Shown here: positions 61,829 to 64,000 of the stretch, one piece after another
How the letters are laid out: the number at the start of each line of letters is the position of its first letter
Numbering within the stretch: position 1 is the stretch's first letter
NCBI RefSeq assembly: GCF_902713615.1
Contig: NC_052147.1
Span: 262,108,886-262,172,885, forward strand
DNA from: Scyliorhinus canicula
Taxonomy: Eukaryota
Length of the DNA: 64,000 nt
Direction: 5' to 3'
Made by a program: the position numbers and the translations under genes
Notes under the pieces: generated by a model
The model's input: the letters and a program-made list of their open reading frames with translations, nothing else
Database searches by the model: none
What the model was told of the DNA's origin: nothing

Positions 61829-62535
61829 AAAAGAACATAGAACATAGAACATTACAGCGCAGTACAGGCCCTTCGGCCCTCGATGTTGCGCCGACCTGTG
61901 AAACCACTCTAAAGCCCATCTACACTATTCCCTTATCATCCATATGTTTATCAAATGACCATTTAAATGCCCTTAATGTTGATCAGTCCACTACTGTTGC
62001 AGGCAGGGCGTTCCACGCCCTTACTACTCTGAGTAAAGAGCCTGCCCCTGACATCTGTCCTATATCTATTTCCCCTCAATTTAAAGCTATGTCCCTTAGT
62101 GCTATCCATCACCATCTGAGGAAAATGGCTCTCACTGTCCACCCTATCTAATCCTCTGATCATTTTGTATGCCTCAATTAAGTCACCTCTTAACCTTCTT
62201 CTCTCGAACGAAAACATCCTTAAGTCCCTCAACCTTTCCTCATCAGTTCTTCCCTCCATACCAGGCAACATTCTTGTAAATCTCCTCTGCACCCTTTCCA
62301 ATGCTTCCACATCCTTCCTATAATGTGGCGACCAGAACTGCACGCAATACTCCAAATGCGGCCGCACCAGAGTTTTGTACAGCTGCAACATGACCTCATG
62401 GCTCCGAAACTCAATCCCTCTACCAATAAAAGCTAACACACCGTATGCCTTCTTAACAACCCTATCAACGTGGGTGGCAACGTTCAGGGATCTATGTACA
62501 TGGACACCGAGATCTCTCTGCTCATCCACACTTCC
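61829..62535 (-). mobile_element. 5'-truncated CR1 LINE inside Gypsy pol
   Basis: 193-aa ORF2 C-terminus; (TTCTATG)n tail at 61831-61850. Confidence 0.95.
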
Positions 62536-64000
62536 ATAGAACATAGAACATAGAACGATACAGCGCAGTACAGGCCCTTCGGCCCTCGATGTTGCACCGA
62601 CATGGAAAAAAAAAACTAAAGCCCATCTAACCTACACTATGCCCTTATCATCCATATGCTTATCCAATAAACTTTTAAATGCCCTCAATGTTGGCGAGTT
62701 CACTACTGTTGCAGGTAGGGCATTCCACGGCCTCACCACTCTTTGCGTAAAAAACCCACCTCTGACCTCTGTCCTATATCTATTACCCCTCAATTTAAGG
62801 CTATGTCCCCTCGTGCTAGCCACCCCCATCCGCGGGAGAAGGCTCTCGCTGTCCACCCTATCTAACCCTCTGATCATTTTGTATGCCTCTATTAAGTCAC
62901 CTCTTAACCTTCTTCTCTCTAACGAAAACAACCTCAAGTCCATCAGCCTTTCCTCATAAGATTTTCCCTCCATACCAGGCAACATCCTGGTAAATCTCCT
63001 CTGCACCCGTTCCAAAGCTTCCACGTCCTTCCTATAATGAGGCGACCAGAACTGTACGCAATACTCCAAATGCGGCCGTACTAGAGTTTTGTACAACTGC
63101 AACATGACCTCATGGCTCCGGAACTCAATCCCTCTACCAATAAAGGCCAACACACCATAGACCTTCTTCACAACCCTATCAACCTGGGTGGCAACTTTCA
63201 GGGATCTATGTACATGGACACCGAGATCCCTCTGCTCATCCACACTACCAAGAATTTTACCATTAGCCAAATATTCCGCATTCCTGTTATTCTTTCCAAA
63301 GTGAATCACCTCACACTTCTCCACATTAAACTCCATTTGCCACCTCTCAGCCCAGCTCTGCAGCTTATCTATGTCCCTCTGTAACCTGCAACATCCTTCC
63401 GCACTGTCTACAACTCCACCGACTTTAGTGTCATCTGCAAATTTACTCACCCATCCTTCTGCGCCCTCCTCTAGGTCATTTATAAAAATGACAAACAGCC
63501 ACGGCCCCAGAACAGATCCTTGTGGTACGCCACTCGTAACTGAACTCCATTCTGAACATTTCCCATCAACTACCACTCTCTGTCTTCTTTCAACTAGCCA
63601 ATTCCTGATCCACATCTCTAAATCACCCTCAATCCCCAGCCTCCGTATTTTCTGCAATAGCCGACCGTGGGGAACCTTATCAAACGCTTTACTGAAATCC
63701 ATATACACCACATCAACTGCTCTACCCTCGTCTACCTGTTCAGTCACCTTCTCAAAGAACTCGATAAGGTTTGTGAGGCATGACCTACCCTTCACAAAAC
63801 CATGCTGACTATCCCTAATCATATTATTCCTATCTAGATGATTATAAATCGTATCTTTTATAATCCTCTCCAAGACCTTACCCACCACAGACGTTAGGCT
63901 CACCGGCCTATAGTTACCGGGGTTATCTCTACTCCCCTTCTTGAACAAAGGGACCACATTTGCTATCCTCCAGTCCTCTGGCACTATTCCTGTAGCCAAT
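62536..64000 (-). mobile_element. Young CR1 LINE; ORF2 RT open for 455 aa (62632-63999) and running off the window
   Basis: Uninterrupted RT motifs ([30 protein letters not shown]), 3' UTR and (TTCTATG)n tail. Confidence 0.97.

Overview
Repeat-rich vertebrate genomic DNA. The HE1/V-SINE, DeuSINE and CR1 content points to a cartilaginous fish, probably a shark (inference). Two host genes lie on the minus strand. The first is a complete NMI (N-myc and STAT interactor) gene: 9 coding exons between 47142 and 17712 splice in frame by GT-AG rules to 1218 nt (405 aa), with an ISRE and a GAS-like site at about 48.3 kb. The second is the 5' part of RBM43 (GC-rich exon 1 at about 11.4 kb with IRF-E and GAS sites, first coding exon 3324-3132). 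This matches the NMI-RBM43 neighbourhood in mammals. The rest is nested transposable elements: CR1, L1-like and Rex1/Babar LINEs, SINEs, a hAT/Buster element, Harbinger-like and Tigger-like MITEs, solo LTRs and a Ty3/Gypsy element. Highlights: (1) the Gypsy element has no tRNA primer-binding site; the PBS position holds a perfect 16-nt complement of its own LTR poly(A)-signal region, and its RT motif reads YxDN. (2) A ~4.0-kb tandem duplication abuts the NMI promoter, with a half-LTR exactly at the junction. (3) NMI and RBM43 share a NID-type motif and the same phase-1 intron, suggesting common origin. No CRISPR arrays, rRNA or true tRNA genes were seen. TE boundaries without a stated TSD are approximate.
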